64,000 nucleotides of DNA. Origin: Syntrophales bacterium (lineage in GTDB: Bacteria; Desulfobacterota; Syntrophia; Syntrophales; UBA2210). The translations under genes were made by a program, and so were the position numbers. Under the pieces are notes generated by a model that saw only the letters and a program-made list of their open reading frames with translations, was not told where the DNA came from and did no database searches. Location: positions 2,368,001 through 2,432,000 of the forward strand of contig CAXXNF010000002.1 in the NCBI GenBank assembly GCA_963666365.2, read 5' to 3'. Position 1 is the first letter of the stretch. Every line of letters begins with the position of its first letter. Shown here piece after piece: positions 10,912 through 21,361 of the stretch.

Positions 10912-11081
10912 GCCGCTTCCCGGAAAAACGGAGGTCTTCTAATAACGTATTCATTGCGGAGCTTTTAACGAGCAGTTGCACGCAACGTCTCGGAATCTCT
11001 TACCCTGGAAAAACCTACCCTGGGAACATATATATCAATTATAAGGGTACGTTCTCTCCAGACCAAGATACTCTGACTTGT

Positions 11082-11110
11082 ATTTTAAGTGCTCCCCTCA
11101 TGCTTGTCAA
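11082..11110 (-). promoter_or_regulatory. Sigma70-type promoter upstream of the giant gene
   Basis: Minus strand TTGACA (11110-11105), 17-bp spacer, TAAAAT (11087-11082). A second candidate, TTGGTC-17-TATAAT, lies about 45 bp downstream. Confidence 0.6.
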
Positions 11111-11155
11111 TACGCTTTTTTGTGATATTGCTCACACACCATTTTCCGATAGAGG

Positions 11156-12697
11156 TTACTTTTTCAGCGCTTCTTCGCGAAGCACCGTTTTCAGAACCTT
11201 CTGCATGGCGTTTTTTGGCAGTGCATCGCGAAATTCCACTACCGCCGGTTTTTTGTAGCTTGCCATGCGATCGCGGCAGTATTCAATAATTTCTTCTTCC
11301 GTCGCCTCTTCCCCCCTTTTGAGCACAAGGACCGCCTTCACGATTTCACCCCAGTACTCATCATGGACCCCGATTACGGCGGCCTCTTCGATTTTCGGGT
11401 GTTTGTGCAGCACCGCCTCGATTTCCACGGGATAGATGTTTTCGCCGCCGCGGATGATCATATCCTTCTTTCTGCCGCTGAGATACATGTATCCGTCCTC
11501 ATCCATGCAGGCAAGATCACCCGTATGCATCCATCCCCCTTTCAGAGCCTCCGCCGTGGCCTCCTCGTTTCTCCAGTAGCCCTTCATCACCTTGGGACTG
11601 CGGGAAACAATTTCTCCGACCTCGCCGTGGGGAAGTTCCCGATCGTTGTCGTCGAAGATACGCGCCTCCCCTTCCGGTATGGAACGACCGATGCCTGAAA
11701 GCCGGTGGATTTTTTTGTCCACTGTTTCTTTGTCCCCTTCGAGATAATGATCTTCAGGTCCCAGCACGGCGACAATGCCCGTCGTCTCGGTCATGCCGAA
11801 GAAATTGGTAAAGTCGGCTTTGAGGACTTCCTTGGCCCGCAAGAGCAGAGTGACCGGCATCGGTGAGGCGCCATAGCCGATATGGGTAAGGGAATCGGTA
11901 TTCCGTGTTGCGAAATCGGGATGGTCAAGCACGGCCTGGAGCATGGTGGGAACAAGATAGGTGGTGTTCACCCGCTCCTTTTCAACGATCTCCAGGAAGA
12001 CACCGGCATCGAAGGCCGGGAGAATAATCATGGTATCGCCGCGATATAGAGGGAGCGAGATACAGACGATGCCGGCGATATGGTACATGGGCACATTGAT
12101 CAGGAGCGTGCCGGGACCGAATGTGTGGGTGTCGGTCAGCGGGGTCAGCATGTTTGCATGGGTAATCATCGCCCCCTTGGGCAGTCCCGTGGTACCGCTC
12201 GTATAAATGATGCAGGCCGTATCGTCGTCCGCCATGGGAAGGGGTGAAAACACTTCCGGTGATTGCGAGGACAATGCCTTTTCGTAGGGTTCCGTGCCGG
12301 CCTTCTGCTCTCCCATGCAGAGAATATGTTCCACCGAGGGAATCTCCGGACGGATGGACTCTATCATGTCCACATACCGATCTCCCACGATAAGCACCTT
12401 GGCCGCGGAATTGTTGAGAATGTACTTCGTTTCTTCCCCTCGCAACCTGAAGTTCAATGTCACTATAATTGCGCCAACCTTCTCAATGGCATAAACCATT
12501 TCGGCAAACTGAAAGCAGTTCACCTGAAAAATGGCAATGCGGTCGCCCGGTGTGACGCCGACGCTGACAAAATACCGGGCAAGCCGGCTCGCCCGCTCCT
12601 CAACCTGCCGAAAGGTCAGGCGGTGATCTCCCTCTATTATGCAGATGTTGTCGGCACACTCTCTGCATACCTTTTCGATATTCACTGCTACGTTCAT
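11156..12697 (-). CDS. Long-chain fatty acid--CoA ligase (AMP-binding family)
   Basis: IYTSGTTGLPKG P-loop, FGMTE, WMHTGDL, GRKKDMIIRGGENIYP, LPKN..QKV. Confidence 0.92.
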   Translation of the reverse strand: MNVAVNIEKVCRECADNICIIEGDHRLTFRQVEERASRLARYFVSVGVTPGDRIAIFQVNCFQFAEMVYAIEKVGAIIVTLNFRLRGEETKYILNNSAAKVLIVGDRYVDMIESIRPEIPSVEHILCMGEQKAGTEPYEKALSSQSPEVFSPLPMADDDTACIIYTSGTTGLPKGAMITHANMLTPLTDTHTFGPGTLLINVPMYHIAGIVCISLPLYRGDTMIILPAFDAGVFLEIVEKERVNTTYLVPTMLQAVLDHPDFATRNTDSLTHIGYGASPMPVTLLLRAKEVLKADFTNFFGMTETTGIVAVLGPEDHYLEGDKETVDKKIHRLSGIGRSIPEGEARIFDDNDRELPHGEVGEIVSRSPKVMKGYWRNEEATAEALKGGWMHTGDLACMDEDGYMYLSGRKKDMIIRGGENIYPVEIEAVLHKHPKIEEAAVIGVHDEYWGEIVKAVLVLKRGEEATEEEIIEYCRDRMASYKKPAVVEFRDALPKNAMQKVLKTVLREEALKK

Positions 12698-12847
12698 AGT
12701 ACACTCCCCCTATACAATTCAGTTCACTGTTTTCACAAGGCGCCTTTCTGAGATATTTACCACAAAACCTGCACAGGCGAAATTTATTTATCAGCTTTCG
12801 GTCTCATGAAATGCCTCTGTCATCTTCCGATCGGAACGGAAAGATTC

Positions 12848-12877
12848 TTGACAGGTATTGAAAATTGCTGGTATGGT
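12848..12877 (+). promoter_or_regulatory. Candidate sigma70 promoter for fbp-aldolase
   Basis: TTGACA at 12848, 18-bp spacer, then TG-N-TATGGT. Confidence 0.4.
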
Positions 12878-12958
12878 TCCACGTTGTCCGGTATCCGGAG
12901 CTTGGAAGCAGTTCTCCTCTCCATACAACTCAGTTGCAGTGAAAATGAAAGGATTATC

Positions 12959-13894
12959 ATGGAAAACATATCCGATGCCACAAAGCATTTTGTCGATCTG
13001 AGACGGCACATGTGGATCGCCGGGATCGAGGTCGATCTGCGACGGCTTATCTGGCAGATTGCCGTCACGGGCAAGTACATATCGGCAAAAATTCATGAAT
13101 CGAACCGGAAGCTTGCCGGATTCAGAAATATCTACGACGAAGACCAGCTCGCTCTCGACAAGAGTTCCGATGAAATTCTACAGAGCCAGCTCCGTTTCTC
13201 GGGATTCGTGCGGGAATACGCCTCGGAAGAACTTGAATCCATTATTCAGATCGGCAGGGGGGACGAGAAGTATTGTGTGACCGCAGACCCGCTGGACGGT
13301 TCGTCACTGGTGGACACCAATCTTTCCATCGGCACCATTATCGGCATTCACAGCGGGGCCGTAATGCGCAGGGGTCGAGACAGCATGGTGGCGGCCATGT
13401 ACATTACCTACGGACCGCTGATCACCATGGTCTATTCGGCGGGCAAGGGCACCCATGAATTCGTCCTGAACAGAGAAGGGGAGTATGTCCTTTCGAACGA
13501 AAATATCACCATGAACGAGAGGGGATCCATATACAGCCTGGGCGGCCTGCGAAAAGACTGGACGGCGCCCCACAGGCGGTATGTGGAATTTCTCGAAGCC
13601 GAAGGCTACAAGCTCAGATACAGCGGCGGGTTCGTTCCCGACATCAACCAGATTATGATCAAAAAGGGGGGACTGTTCACCTACCCGGCACTTACCACAA
13701 GCAAAAAGGGCAAACTGAGGCTCATCTTTGAATTGCAGCCCATGGCCTTTTTAGTGGAACAGGCCGGGGGCAAGGCCACCGACGGCGAAGGGGACATTCT
13801 TTCGATTACGCCGGAAAGTCTTGACCAGCGGTGCCCCGTGTATATCGGCAGCCGCTTTGAGATAGAAAGGGCTCGAGAATTTCTGACAGATTAA
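12959..13894 (+). CDS. fbp: Fructose-1,6-bisphosphatase class I
   Basis: DPLDGSS, YKLRYSGGFVPDINQI, GKLRLIFE motifs. Start moved to MENISDATKH, which follows an AAAGGA SD. Confidence 0.92.
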   Translation: MENISDATKHFVDLRRHMWIAGIEVDLRRLIWQIAVTGKYISAKIHESNRKLAGFRNIYDEDQLALDKSSDEILQSQLRFSGFVREYASEELESIIQIGRGDEKYCVTADPLDGSSLVDTNLSIGTIIGIHSGAVMRRGRDSMVAAMYITYGPLITMVYSAGKGTHEFVLNREGEYVLSNENITMNERGSIYSLGGLRKDWTAPHRRYVEFLEAEGYKLRYSGGFVPDINQIMIKKGGLFTYPALTTSKKGKLRLIFELQPMAFLVEQAGGKATDGEGDILSITPESLDQRCPVYIGSRFEIERAREFLTD

Positions 13895-13920
13895 GACGAT
13901 CGACTGGGAAAGGAGACGCC

Positions 13921-15315
13921 ATGATCTACCGCAGTATCGATGAATTAAAACAGCAATGTACCGGGATTCTTACAATAAAAGATGATTCCGTCGCGGTGCT
14001 CGACGAAGAAACGCTCGTATCCGGGCTGATCGACAATCTTGTATATTCGGCCGTATTCAGTAGCGCCCCCGATGTCCGCGAAGGCGCCTGCTGGCTCATT
14101 CGTCGTGCCGGCGCAGCCCTGGGAATTGTCTCATCATCGATTCAATCATTGTATGAGGCAATGGGAGAAGGCGGAGTTTCCGGATACACCGTGCCGGCCA
14201 TTAATCTCAGGGGCATTACCTACGTCTGTGCTCAGGCGGTTTTTCGGAGCGCCATGGCAGAGAGGGCCGGGGCGTTCATCTTCGAAATCGCCCGGTCGGA
14301 AATCGGCTATACCGACCAGCGACCCCTCGAGTATACAACGGTGGTCACAGCGGCGGCACTCAAGACAGGCTATAGAGGACCGATCTTCCTTCAGGGGGAC
14401 CATTTTCAGATCAATGCAAAAAAATACAAAGCCGATCCGATGGCCGAAACTCATGCCGTCGCATCCCTTATCAGGGAGGCGATCGAAGGGGGCTTTTATA
14501 ATATCGACATCGACGCATCGACGGTCGTTGACCTTTCACAGTCCACCCTGACGGCGCAACAGGAAAAAAACTTCGACATCACCGCCGACTTGACGGCGCT
14601 GATCCGGGAGATCGAACCGCCCGGAATCACCGTATCCGTGGGAGGGGAAATCGGCGAAGTAGGAACTAAAAATACCACTGTCGAAGAGTTCATCGCCTTT
14701 ATGGAGGGGTACCGGAAGGCCCTCAACGAAAGGGGTGAAGGACTCACGGGCATCAGCAAGATAAGCATACAAACCGGCACGACCCACGGCGGCGTTCCCC
14801 TTCCTGACGGTTCTATCGCCCAGGTGAAAATCGATTTTGACACGCTCAGGGAAATTTCGAAAATCGCCCGCAGCGACTACGGTCTCTCCGGCGCCGTGCA
14901 ACACGGTGCGTCAACACTCCCGGAGGATGCCTTTGACAAATTTCCCGAGACGGGTACCGCTGAAGTGCACCTGGCGACGGGATTTCAGAACATCCTGTAT
15001 GACAGCGACCACTTCCCCGCAGTTCTTAAAGCCCGCATATACGAGTATATAACAGGCGATCTGGCCGGTGAAAAAAAAGCCTCCGATACGGAAGAACAGT
15101 TTATCTACAAAACCAGGAAGAAGGGATTCGGTAGGTTCAAGAAAGACCTCTGGAACCTCCCCACGGAAATACTTGCCGCCATCGGAGCGGAGCTTGAAGA
15201 GCGTTTTTCCTTTCTTTTCGATAAATTGAACATCCAGGGAACGGAAGAAACGGTCCACCGCATTGTGAAACCCGTGGATGTCCCCGTTCAAGCACCGAAA
15301 GGACTTGCAGATTAA
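13921..15315 (+). CDS. Class II fructose-bisphosphate aldolase family protein
   Basis: VPAIN, QGDH, GEIGEVG, GTTHG and VQHGAS metal-binding motifs; directly downstream of fbp. Confidence 0.85.
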   Translation: MIYRSIDELKQQCTGILTIKDDSVAVLDEETLVSGLIDNLVYSAVFSSAPDVREGACWLIRRAGAALGIVSSSIQSLYEAMGEGGVSGYTVPAINLRGITYVCAQAVFRSAMAERAGAFIFEIARSEIGYTDQRPLEYTTVVTAAALKTGYRGPIFLQGDHFQINAKKYKADPMAETHAVASLIREAIEGGFYNIDIDASTVVDLSQSTLTAQQEKNFDITADLTALIREIEPPGITVSVGGEIGEVGTKNTTVEEFIAFMEGYRKALNERGEGLTGISKISIQTGTTHGGVPLPDGSIAQVKIDFDTLREISKIARSDYGLSGAVQHGASTLPEDAFDKFPETGTAEVHLATGFQNILYDSDHFPAVLKARIYEYITGDLAGEKKASDTEEQFIYKTRKKGFGRFKKDLWNLPTEILAAIGAELEERFSFLFDKLNIQGTEETVHRIVKPVDVPVQAPKGLAD

Positions 15316-15970
15316 GAGAGAACTGCCTCGTGCGGAGACGCGAAGACACTGCGGGAAAATAAATATAAAAGACTGTATCGCGCAGAGACGCAGAGGCGCG
15401 GAGGAACAGAGTTGCTGCAATTGCACAATCTACCATTCCCGCCTCCGTCGGGGGTTTCACTCATTCCCCACACCCGGCGGGAGGCCACACCTCTTCACTT
15501 CCCCTCCCCTGGCGGGAGGCCATTCCTCTTTTTTGCTTCCCCTCCCCTGGCGGGAGGCCACTCCTCTTCGCTTCCCCTCCCCTGGTGGGAGGGGATTGAG
15601 GGGAGGGGGATAATTACAATCCCTACGGATAATTAAATCACCCCCACCCTGACCCTCCCCCATCAAGGGGGAGGGAAAAAAAGGGATAGCTTCCCCATCA
15701 AGGGGGAGGAAAACGAGGTTCGGCTGGTTCTTCATCAAGAAGAAGGAAACAGGAGGAAGGGCTCTCGCCATCAAGGGGAATAAACTGAGCGTCTGTCAGC
15801 CCGGCAAGAGTGAAAAGGAGCTGAGAATGTAAAGGTTCTCTCTGCGGTCTCGGCGACACTGCGGGAAAATAAATATAAAAAAACCTGCCTCGCGCAGGGG
15901 CCCGGCGACGCGGAGGGAGAAAAGAAGCAAAAAGTATCTCCTCGGCGACGCTGCGGGAGAATCAACCTCC
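15316..15970. repeat. Composite REP-like palindromic repeat cluster between convergent aldolase and metG
   Basis: 26-bp direct repeat GACACTGCGGGAAAATAAATATAAAA at 15345 and 15855; four ~36-bp TTCCCCTCCCCTGGCGGGAGG units (15463-15608); four CATCAAG hairpin units (15639-15780); CGCAGAGACGCAGAG-type units on both flanks. Confidence 0.9.
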
Positions 15971-15971
15971 C

Positions 15972-17864
15972 TTAGCGGATCTTTGCTCCCACCTGGGGTT
16001 CGCCGTCAAAGGAAACCAAGGTAAAGCCGCCGCCGGTTTTCTCGGTTGCCAGAAGCATGCCGTTCGATTGGACGCCTCTGATTTTTGTCGGTTTCAGGTT
16101 CACAAGCACGACGATATGCTTCCCCACCAGCTCTTCCGGTGAGTAGTCTTTGCCTATGCCCGCCACGATGGTCCGCTCCTCGCCCACATCTATTTTCATC
16201 TTTACGAGCTTGTCCGCCTGGGGAACCCGTTCGGCCTCGATGACACGGGCGACTCTGAGATCCATCTTGTCGAAATCCTCTATGCCGATCTCCGGTTTTA
16301 CATCGGAAAGCCTGCGGGGCTGCTGCTCTGCCTTCGCCTCATAGACAACGCGCGGGAACAGCGCCTCCCCCTTCGTCAGTGCGCTCCCGGCGGAAAGGCC
16401 GCCCCATTGTTCGATAGCGGTGAAACTCCCTGTCGACGTGATCCCCAGCCTTTTCAGAATTTCCTCCGAAGTGCCCGGCATAAAGGGGTGCAGGATGAAC
16501 GCGACGACCCGCAAGGCCTCCAGCACGTGATACATCACCGTATCCAGCCGTTTCCGGGAGGCCTTGTCCTTCGCCAGCGACCAGGGCTCCGTCCCGACGA
16601 TATACTTGTTGGCGGCATTGATAAATTCCCAGATTGATATCAAGGCCTTGTGGAATTGAAGGGCCTCGAAGTTCCCCGTCACCTCATTCAAGAGCTTCTC
16701 ACCCCGTTCAATGAGTGCGCGATCGATTTCCTCGTCCATGCCCCGTGCGGGAACGGCGCCGTTGCAGTATTTCACCGCCATGGACAGACTGCGGCTCACC
16801 AGATTACCCAAATCGTTTGCAAGGTCGGAGTTCAGACGCGCCACAAGGCCCTCTTCGCTGAAGTTCGCATCAAGCCCGAAGACCATCTCGCGCATCAGGT
16901 AGTAACGGAAGGAATCAAGTCCGTATTTGTCTTTTAAATCGAGCGGTTTCACTACAGTTCCGAGGCTCTTCGACATCTTGCCCGCATCGATGTTCCAGTA
17001 TCCATGCACATTCAGATGCTGATAGGGCTCGATGCCGGCCGCCTTCAGCATAGTGGGCCAGTAAATCCCGTGCGGTTTGAGAATATCCTTCGCAATCAGA
17101 TGCTGCGCCACGGGCCAGAATTCGTGAAATTTTTCACCGTCGGGATAGCCGATTCCGGTAAGGTAGTTGATAAGGGCGTCGAACCACACATAGGTCACAT
17201 AGTGGTCGTCGAATGGAAGGTCGATCCCCCAGGTCAGCCGCGTTTTGGGACGGGAGATACAGAGGTCCTCCAGCGGCTCCTTCAAAAAAGCCAGGGCCTC
17301 GTTTTTATATCGTTCGGGACGGATAAAATCGGTGTTTTCCCTGATGTATCCGATCAACCAGTCCTGATATTTGCTCATTTTAAAGAAGTAATTGCTTTCC
17401 TTTCTGTGTTCGGGCACAGTCTTGTGATCGGGACAGAGCCCGTCCACAAGCTCCGATTCCCGGTAGAAGCGTTCGCAGCCCACGCAATAAAATCCCTCAT
17501 ATTCCCCGAAATAGATGTCGCCGGCATCATACACCTTTTGCAGTATCGACCGCACCACGGCGATATGATCGGTGTCGGTGGTCCGTATGAAATAATCGTT
17601 CTCTATCATGAGCTCCGGCCAGAGCGCCTTGAATTGCGCACTGATTCCGTCGGCATACTCCTTCGGCGACACCCCGGCAGCCATGGCGGCCTCTGCGATT
17701 TTGTCGCCATGCTCATCGGTACCGGTCATAAAAAATGTGCGGCAGCCCGCCATTCGGTAAAATCGGGCCATCACATCGGCAACGATGGTGGTATAGGCAT
17801 GCCCGATGTGGGGTGACGCATTCACATAGTAAATAGGAGTGGTTACATAAAAGGGTGTGTCCAT
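15972..17864 (-). CDS. metG: Methionine--tRNA ligase with C-terminal tRNA-binding domain
   Basis: HIGH (PHIGH), KMSKS, CxxC knuckle, C-terminal Trbp111-like domain. Confidence 0.97.
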   Translation of the reverse strand: MDTPFYVTTPIYYVNASPHIGHAYTTIVADVMARFYRMAGCRTFFMTGTDEHGDKIAEAAMAAGVSPKEYADGISAQFKALWPELMIENDYFIRTTDTDHIAVVRSILQKVYDAGDIYFGEYEGFYCVGCERFYRESELVDGLCPDHKTVPEHRKESNYFFKMSKYQDWLIGYIRENTDFIRPERYKNEALAFLKEPLEDLCISRPKTRLTWGIDLPFDDHYVTYVWFDALINYLTGIGYPDGEKFHEFWPVAQHLIAKDILKPHGIYWPTMLKAAGIEPYQHLNVHGYWNIDAGKMSKSLGTVVKPLDLKDKYGLDSFRYYLMREMVFGLDANFSEEGLVARLNSDLANDLGNLVSRSLSMAVKYCNGAVPARGMDEEIDRALIERGEKLLNEVTGNFEALQFHKALISIWEFINAANKYIVGTEPWSLAKDKASRKRLDTVMYHVLEALRVVAFILHPFMPGTSEEILKRLGITSTGSFTAIEQWGGLSAGSALTKGEALFPRVVYEAKAEQQPRRLSDVKPEIGIEDFDKMDLRVARVIEAERVPQADKLVKMKIDVGEERTIVAGIGKDYSPEELVGKHIVVLVNLKPTKIRGVQSNGMLLATEKTGGGFTLVSFDGEPQVGAKIR

Positions 17865-17883
17865 AGAATTCTCTTTAACCTCG

Positions 17884-18717
17884 TTACGATCCCTGTCTGT
17901 TTTGTTTCATTATATCGTGGATGGAAATTTCCACTTCCTTGCCTTCTCCCAAATCGACAACTATCTTTTCATCCAGCACGTTTTGCCGTACCACTTTCCC
18001 TTTTCCCTGGGGCAGATCGATGATTTTACCTATTTTCGGCATATGTTTCTTCGCAGCACGATAGTTGTCGTATTCAAAGGCAAGGCAGCACATGAGCCTG
18101 CCGCAAAGACCGGAAATCTTTTCCGGATTGAGCAGCATGTTCTGCTCTTTCGCCATTTTTATTGATACAGGGGCAAAATTATTTAAAAAACCGACGCAGC
18201 AGAGCTCTCTGCCGCACATCCCCATTCCTCCGTATATTTTGGCCTCGCTTCTGACCCAGATCTGCCGCAGTTCAATCCGCGTACGGTATTTCGCCACCAG
18301 ATCCTTCACGAGCTCCCGGAAATCGACCCGGCTTTCGGCAGTAAAATAAAAAATAAGCTTGCTCCGATCAAAGAGATAGGAGACGTCGACAAGCCTCATG
18401 GGGAGGCCTCGTTCGCCTATTTTTCTTCGGCAGAACTGAAAGGCATCCTTCTCAATTTCGGCATTTTCCCGCTCGCTGTTCAGATCGGAATTATCCGCCC
18501 GCCGTATCACCCGTTTGAGATTATCGGGAAGATCCGACGGGGAAGTGAGCTTGACCAATGTCGCGACGGTTCCGATGGCCGGACCGTTCTCGGTGTCGAC
18601 AATCACCTTGTCGCCCTTCTCCACCGCCGTCCCGGAACCGTCAAAGGTGTATATCTTCCCCTTGCTGCGAAACCTTACGCCTGCCATCTGTGTGCATGGG
18701 GTATCGTTATCGTCCAT
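17884..18717 (-). CDS. PSP1 / YaaT (RicT) family protein
   Basis: FYFTAESRVDFRELVKDL, RIELRQI, CGRELCC, ISGLCGRLMCCL; conserved holB-PSP1-metG order. Start chosen after AGAAGGA (track start 18759). Confidence 0.9.
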   Translation of the reverse strand: MDDNDTPCTQMAGVRFRSKGKIYTFDGSGTAVEKGDKVIVDTENGPAIGTVATLVKLTSPSDLPDNLKRVIRRADNSDLNSERENAEIEKDAFQFCRRKIGERGLPMRLVDVSYLFDRSKLIFYFTAESRVDFRELVKDLVAKYRTRIELRQIWVRSEAKIYGGMGMCGRELCCVGFLNNFAPVSIKMAKEQNMLLNPEKISGLCGRLMCCLAFEYDNYRAAKKHMPKIGKIIDLPQGKGKVVRQNVLDEKIVVDLGEGKEVEISIHDIMKQNRQGS

Positions 18718-19747
18718 ATGTCCTTCTTGCAGAAAACCGATTTCTGTGCTCATTCTCATTCTCGACGCTCATAAGATGGAAAAGTGTAAATACCATCGAC
18801 TCTAATGTCAACTGCTTGTTGGCATTTCTTTCAACGGCGCGAATCGCCCGTGCAACAGCCTCTACTGCTTCTATTATCGACGCCCTGCCTATTTTTCCCG
18901 ACAGGGTCTCCGAGGTCTTCAAAAGATCCCTGTGCAGCATGAAATCATGCCGGCCCGTTTCTTTCAGTACCAGAACATCCCTGAGCCATTCCCTCAGAAT
19001 CCCGAGTTTTTCCAGAATACCCGCTCTCTCATCGCCAAACTCATGGGCAATCGAAAAAAGTGAGAGCCCCTTTCCTCGATGCATCATCGCGATCTTTTCT
19101 ATTGTCTCCCTCTTGAACCGCTCCCGGCTCTCCTCTTCCCGCTCCGGAATCCTCCCGATGCTTCCCTGTGACGCCGCGGCAATAATCGCTGCATCCTCTT
19201 CTTCCATGCCTCTGGTCTCCATCAGATAGGTCTTCACCGTCGCGGGCCGGACCGGATTGAATCGAATCTTCTGACATCGCGAGAGTATTGTCCGGGGGAA
19301 TCCGTCATAGCGCGATGTCAGCAGGATCAATACGTTATAGGGCATGGGCTCTTCCAGTGTCTTGAGCAGCGCATTGGCCGCCGCGTCATTCATCCTGTGG
19401 GCATCTTCTATGATCACCACCCGCCGCCGTCCCTCAAAAGGTCTGAACTGCATCTGTTTTTGCAGTTCTCTGATATCGCCTATCTTAATGACGATGCCCT
19501 GCGGTTTTACCACCACAAGGTCGGGATGGGCGTCATGAGCGATCTTCCTGCAGGACGGACAGTGCTCACAGCCGTCGCTCCCGCCATTGAGACAGTTCAG
19601 CGCCTTTGCAAATGCCATGGCCGTTGTTTTTTTTCCCACGCCAGGCATTCCGGAAAAGAGATAAGCATGGGCCACCCGATTCCTCTTAATGGAATTTCTG
19701 AGGAGATCGATCTGGCGTGCATGGCCGTAAATATCGCGAAATGACAT
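18707..19747 (-). CDS. holB: DNA polymerase III delta' subunit
   Basis: HAYLFSG..GVGK, Zn-Cys cluster, HPD, AANALLKTLEEP, TILSRC. Confidence 0.93.
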   Translation of the reverse strand: MSFRDIYGHARQIDLLRNSIKRNRVAHAYLFSGMPGVGKKTTAMAFAKALNCLNGGSDGCEHCPSCRKIAHDAHPDLVVVKPQGIVIKIGDIRELQKQMQFRPFEGRRRVVIIEDAHRMNDAAANALLKTLEEPMPYNVLILLTSRYDGFPRTILSRCQKIRFNPVRPATVKTYLMETRGMEEEDAAIIAAASQGSIGRIPEREEESRERFKRETIEKIAMMHRGKGLSLFSIAHEFGDERAGILEKLGILREWLRDVLVLKETGRHDFMLHRDLLKTSETLSGKIGRASIIEAVEAVARAIRAVERNANKQLTLESMVFTLFHLMSVENENEHRNRFSARRTYGR

Positions 19748-19751
19748 GGGA

Positions 19752-20396
19752 TCAGATACCGAGTATCTCTGAAATACTGCGGGATACCTCAAGAAATACA
19801 GCGTCGGCATCTTGAGAGGCATCGATTATTCTAAAGCGACGCGGTTCTTTTTCCGCGATCCGCCGGTAGGCCTCTCTCACCTTTTGATGAAAGTCCTCCT
19901 GTTCCCGTTCAAAACGATCCACCCCCGCCGTCGCACCGTCAGGACCGAGAGTCCTGCCGGCCACTCTTTTCAGCCCGACGTGGACAGGCAGATCGAAGAG
20001 GAGGGTCACATCCGGTTTTATGGAAAAGGATGCGAAGGCATTAATCGCTTCTATCATATTCAGGTCGAGCCCCCTTCCGGAACCCTGGTAAGCAATGGTC
20101 GCATCGGAAAAGCGGTCGCATATCACTACTTTTTCCTCATTCAACGCCGGAACAATCACTTCATCCACATGTTGCGCCCGATCGGCGGCAAAGAGAAGAA
20201 GCTCGGCCCTCTCTCCTATCTTCAAAGAGGTCCTGTCAAGAAGGAGTGATCGAAGCTCTTTCCCCAGACGGCTTCCGCCCGGTTCGCTGGTGACGAGGCA
20301 TGGGATCTTTGCCCTTCGAAGCCACTCGCCCGTTCTCAGAACCTGTGTGGTCTTGCCGGAACCCTCCACCCCCTCAAATGTAATAAATTTCGCCAT
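19752..20396 (-). CDS. tmk: Thymidylate kinase
   Basis: FITFEGVEGSGKTTQ, ICDRF, AYQG. Confidence 0.96.
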   Translation of the reverse strand: MAKFITFEGVEGSGKTTQVLRTGEWLRRAKIPCLVTSEPGGSRLGKELRSLLLDRTSLKIGERAELLLFAADRAQHVDEVIVPALNEEKVVICDRFSDATIAYQGSGRGLDLNMIEAINAFASFSIKPDVTLLFDLPVHVGLKRVAGRTLGPDGATAGVDRFEREQEDFHQKVREAYRRIAEKEPRRFRIIDASQDADAVFLEVSRSISEILGI

Positions 20397-20402
20397 ATAC
20401 AC

Positions 20403-20478
20403 TACCGTGCCCCTGCTTCACTGCGCCCGAAAACGGGTTTTCGGAACAGACGGGGCAGGGGCATGCCGACGGCACGGA
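20403..20478. repeat. Palindromic element (GGGGCA...TGCCCC type), terminator/REP-like
   Basis: CCGTGCCCCTGC at ~20405 is complementary to GCAGGGGCA and to GGCACGG at ~20455-20477. Related short hairpins at ~40421-40446 and 45971-45994. Confidence 0.5.
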
Positions 20479-20492
20479 CCGCAGGGATATTT

Positions 20493-20699
<207 letters not shown>

Positions 20700-20739
20700 T
20701 TATTCCTGAAAAACGTATTGATAGTGCACCCTCTATTCT

Positions 20740-21333
20740 TCAATGGGGCATATCGTCAATCATTTTTTTCGCTACATCCTTTGCAACCCCGGCAAGATCG
20801 GGCTTTATTATAATATAATCCTTTGCCTCGTGATGTTCACAGGTCCACAGAATTTTCCCCGTCGATGGGTCGACGAGATTCATTCCGAACCCTACCTTGG
20901 CAACCTCTTTCTTCTTTTCGTTGACGGTAAAATGCCAGAAGTCCACCCGCACGATCAAGAAGGCATCGGCCCCTATATCATCAGCGATGCGACGGCTCAG
21001 ATCGGGATCGGAAAAGTTGACCTTTTCCAGTTTCAGAAGATATTCCTCCACCGCCTGTGCAAAGGAACCGTCAGCCTTTCTCCTTTCACCTATCGATTCG
21101 GGCGAAAGAACCGTCTCAAACCATCCTCTCTCTCTCACCACTTCTGTAATGATCTTTTCCGCCCGGCCCACCGCCTCCTCATAGGGACCCGTGTTTACGG
21201 AGAGAACGGCTATATTCCGGGGGTGGAAGGTTCCGGCATCAGTAGCGCATTTCGAGTAACGCAGCCCACCGCAGGCCGAAAGAAAAAGGCATACAAGAAC
21301 CGTTAAAAGTGTTGTGAGACAACTGTATTTCAT
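20740..21333 (-). CDS. Putative lipoprotein (LpoB/DUF799-like alpha/beta fold)
   Basis: Signal peptide with lipobox LSAC; IAVL...GADAFL...LVD..TGKILW pattern. Confidence 0.65.
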   Translation of the reverse strand: MKYSCLTTLLTVLVCLFLSACGGLRYSKCATDAGTFHPRNIAVLSVNTGPYEEAVGRAEKIITEVVRERGWFETVLSPESIGERRKADGSFAQAVEEYLLKLEKVNFSDPDLSRRIADDIGADAFLIVRVDFWHFTVNEKKKEVAKVGFGMNLVDPSTGKILWTCEHHEAKDYIIIKPDLAGVAKDVAKKMIDDMPH

Positions 21334-21361
21334 TATCGGAATGCCTTTCGCATCAGCGTTT

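Noticed and set aside
10912..11080. c-di-GMP riboswitch in the adhesin leader
   Set aside because: I could not find the GEMM consensus elements by eye; an Rfam/Infernal scan would settle it.
15463..15780. Regularly spaced ~36-bp repeats as a CRISPR array
   Set aside because: Spacers are short, similar and low-complexity, the repeats decay and invert, and there are no cas genes.
15278..15965. Short ORFs across the repeat cluster
   Set aside because: Translations simply mirror the DNA repeats; no SD or homology evidence.
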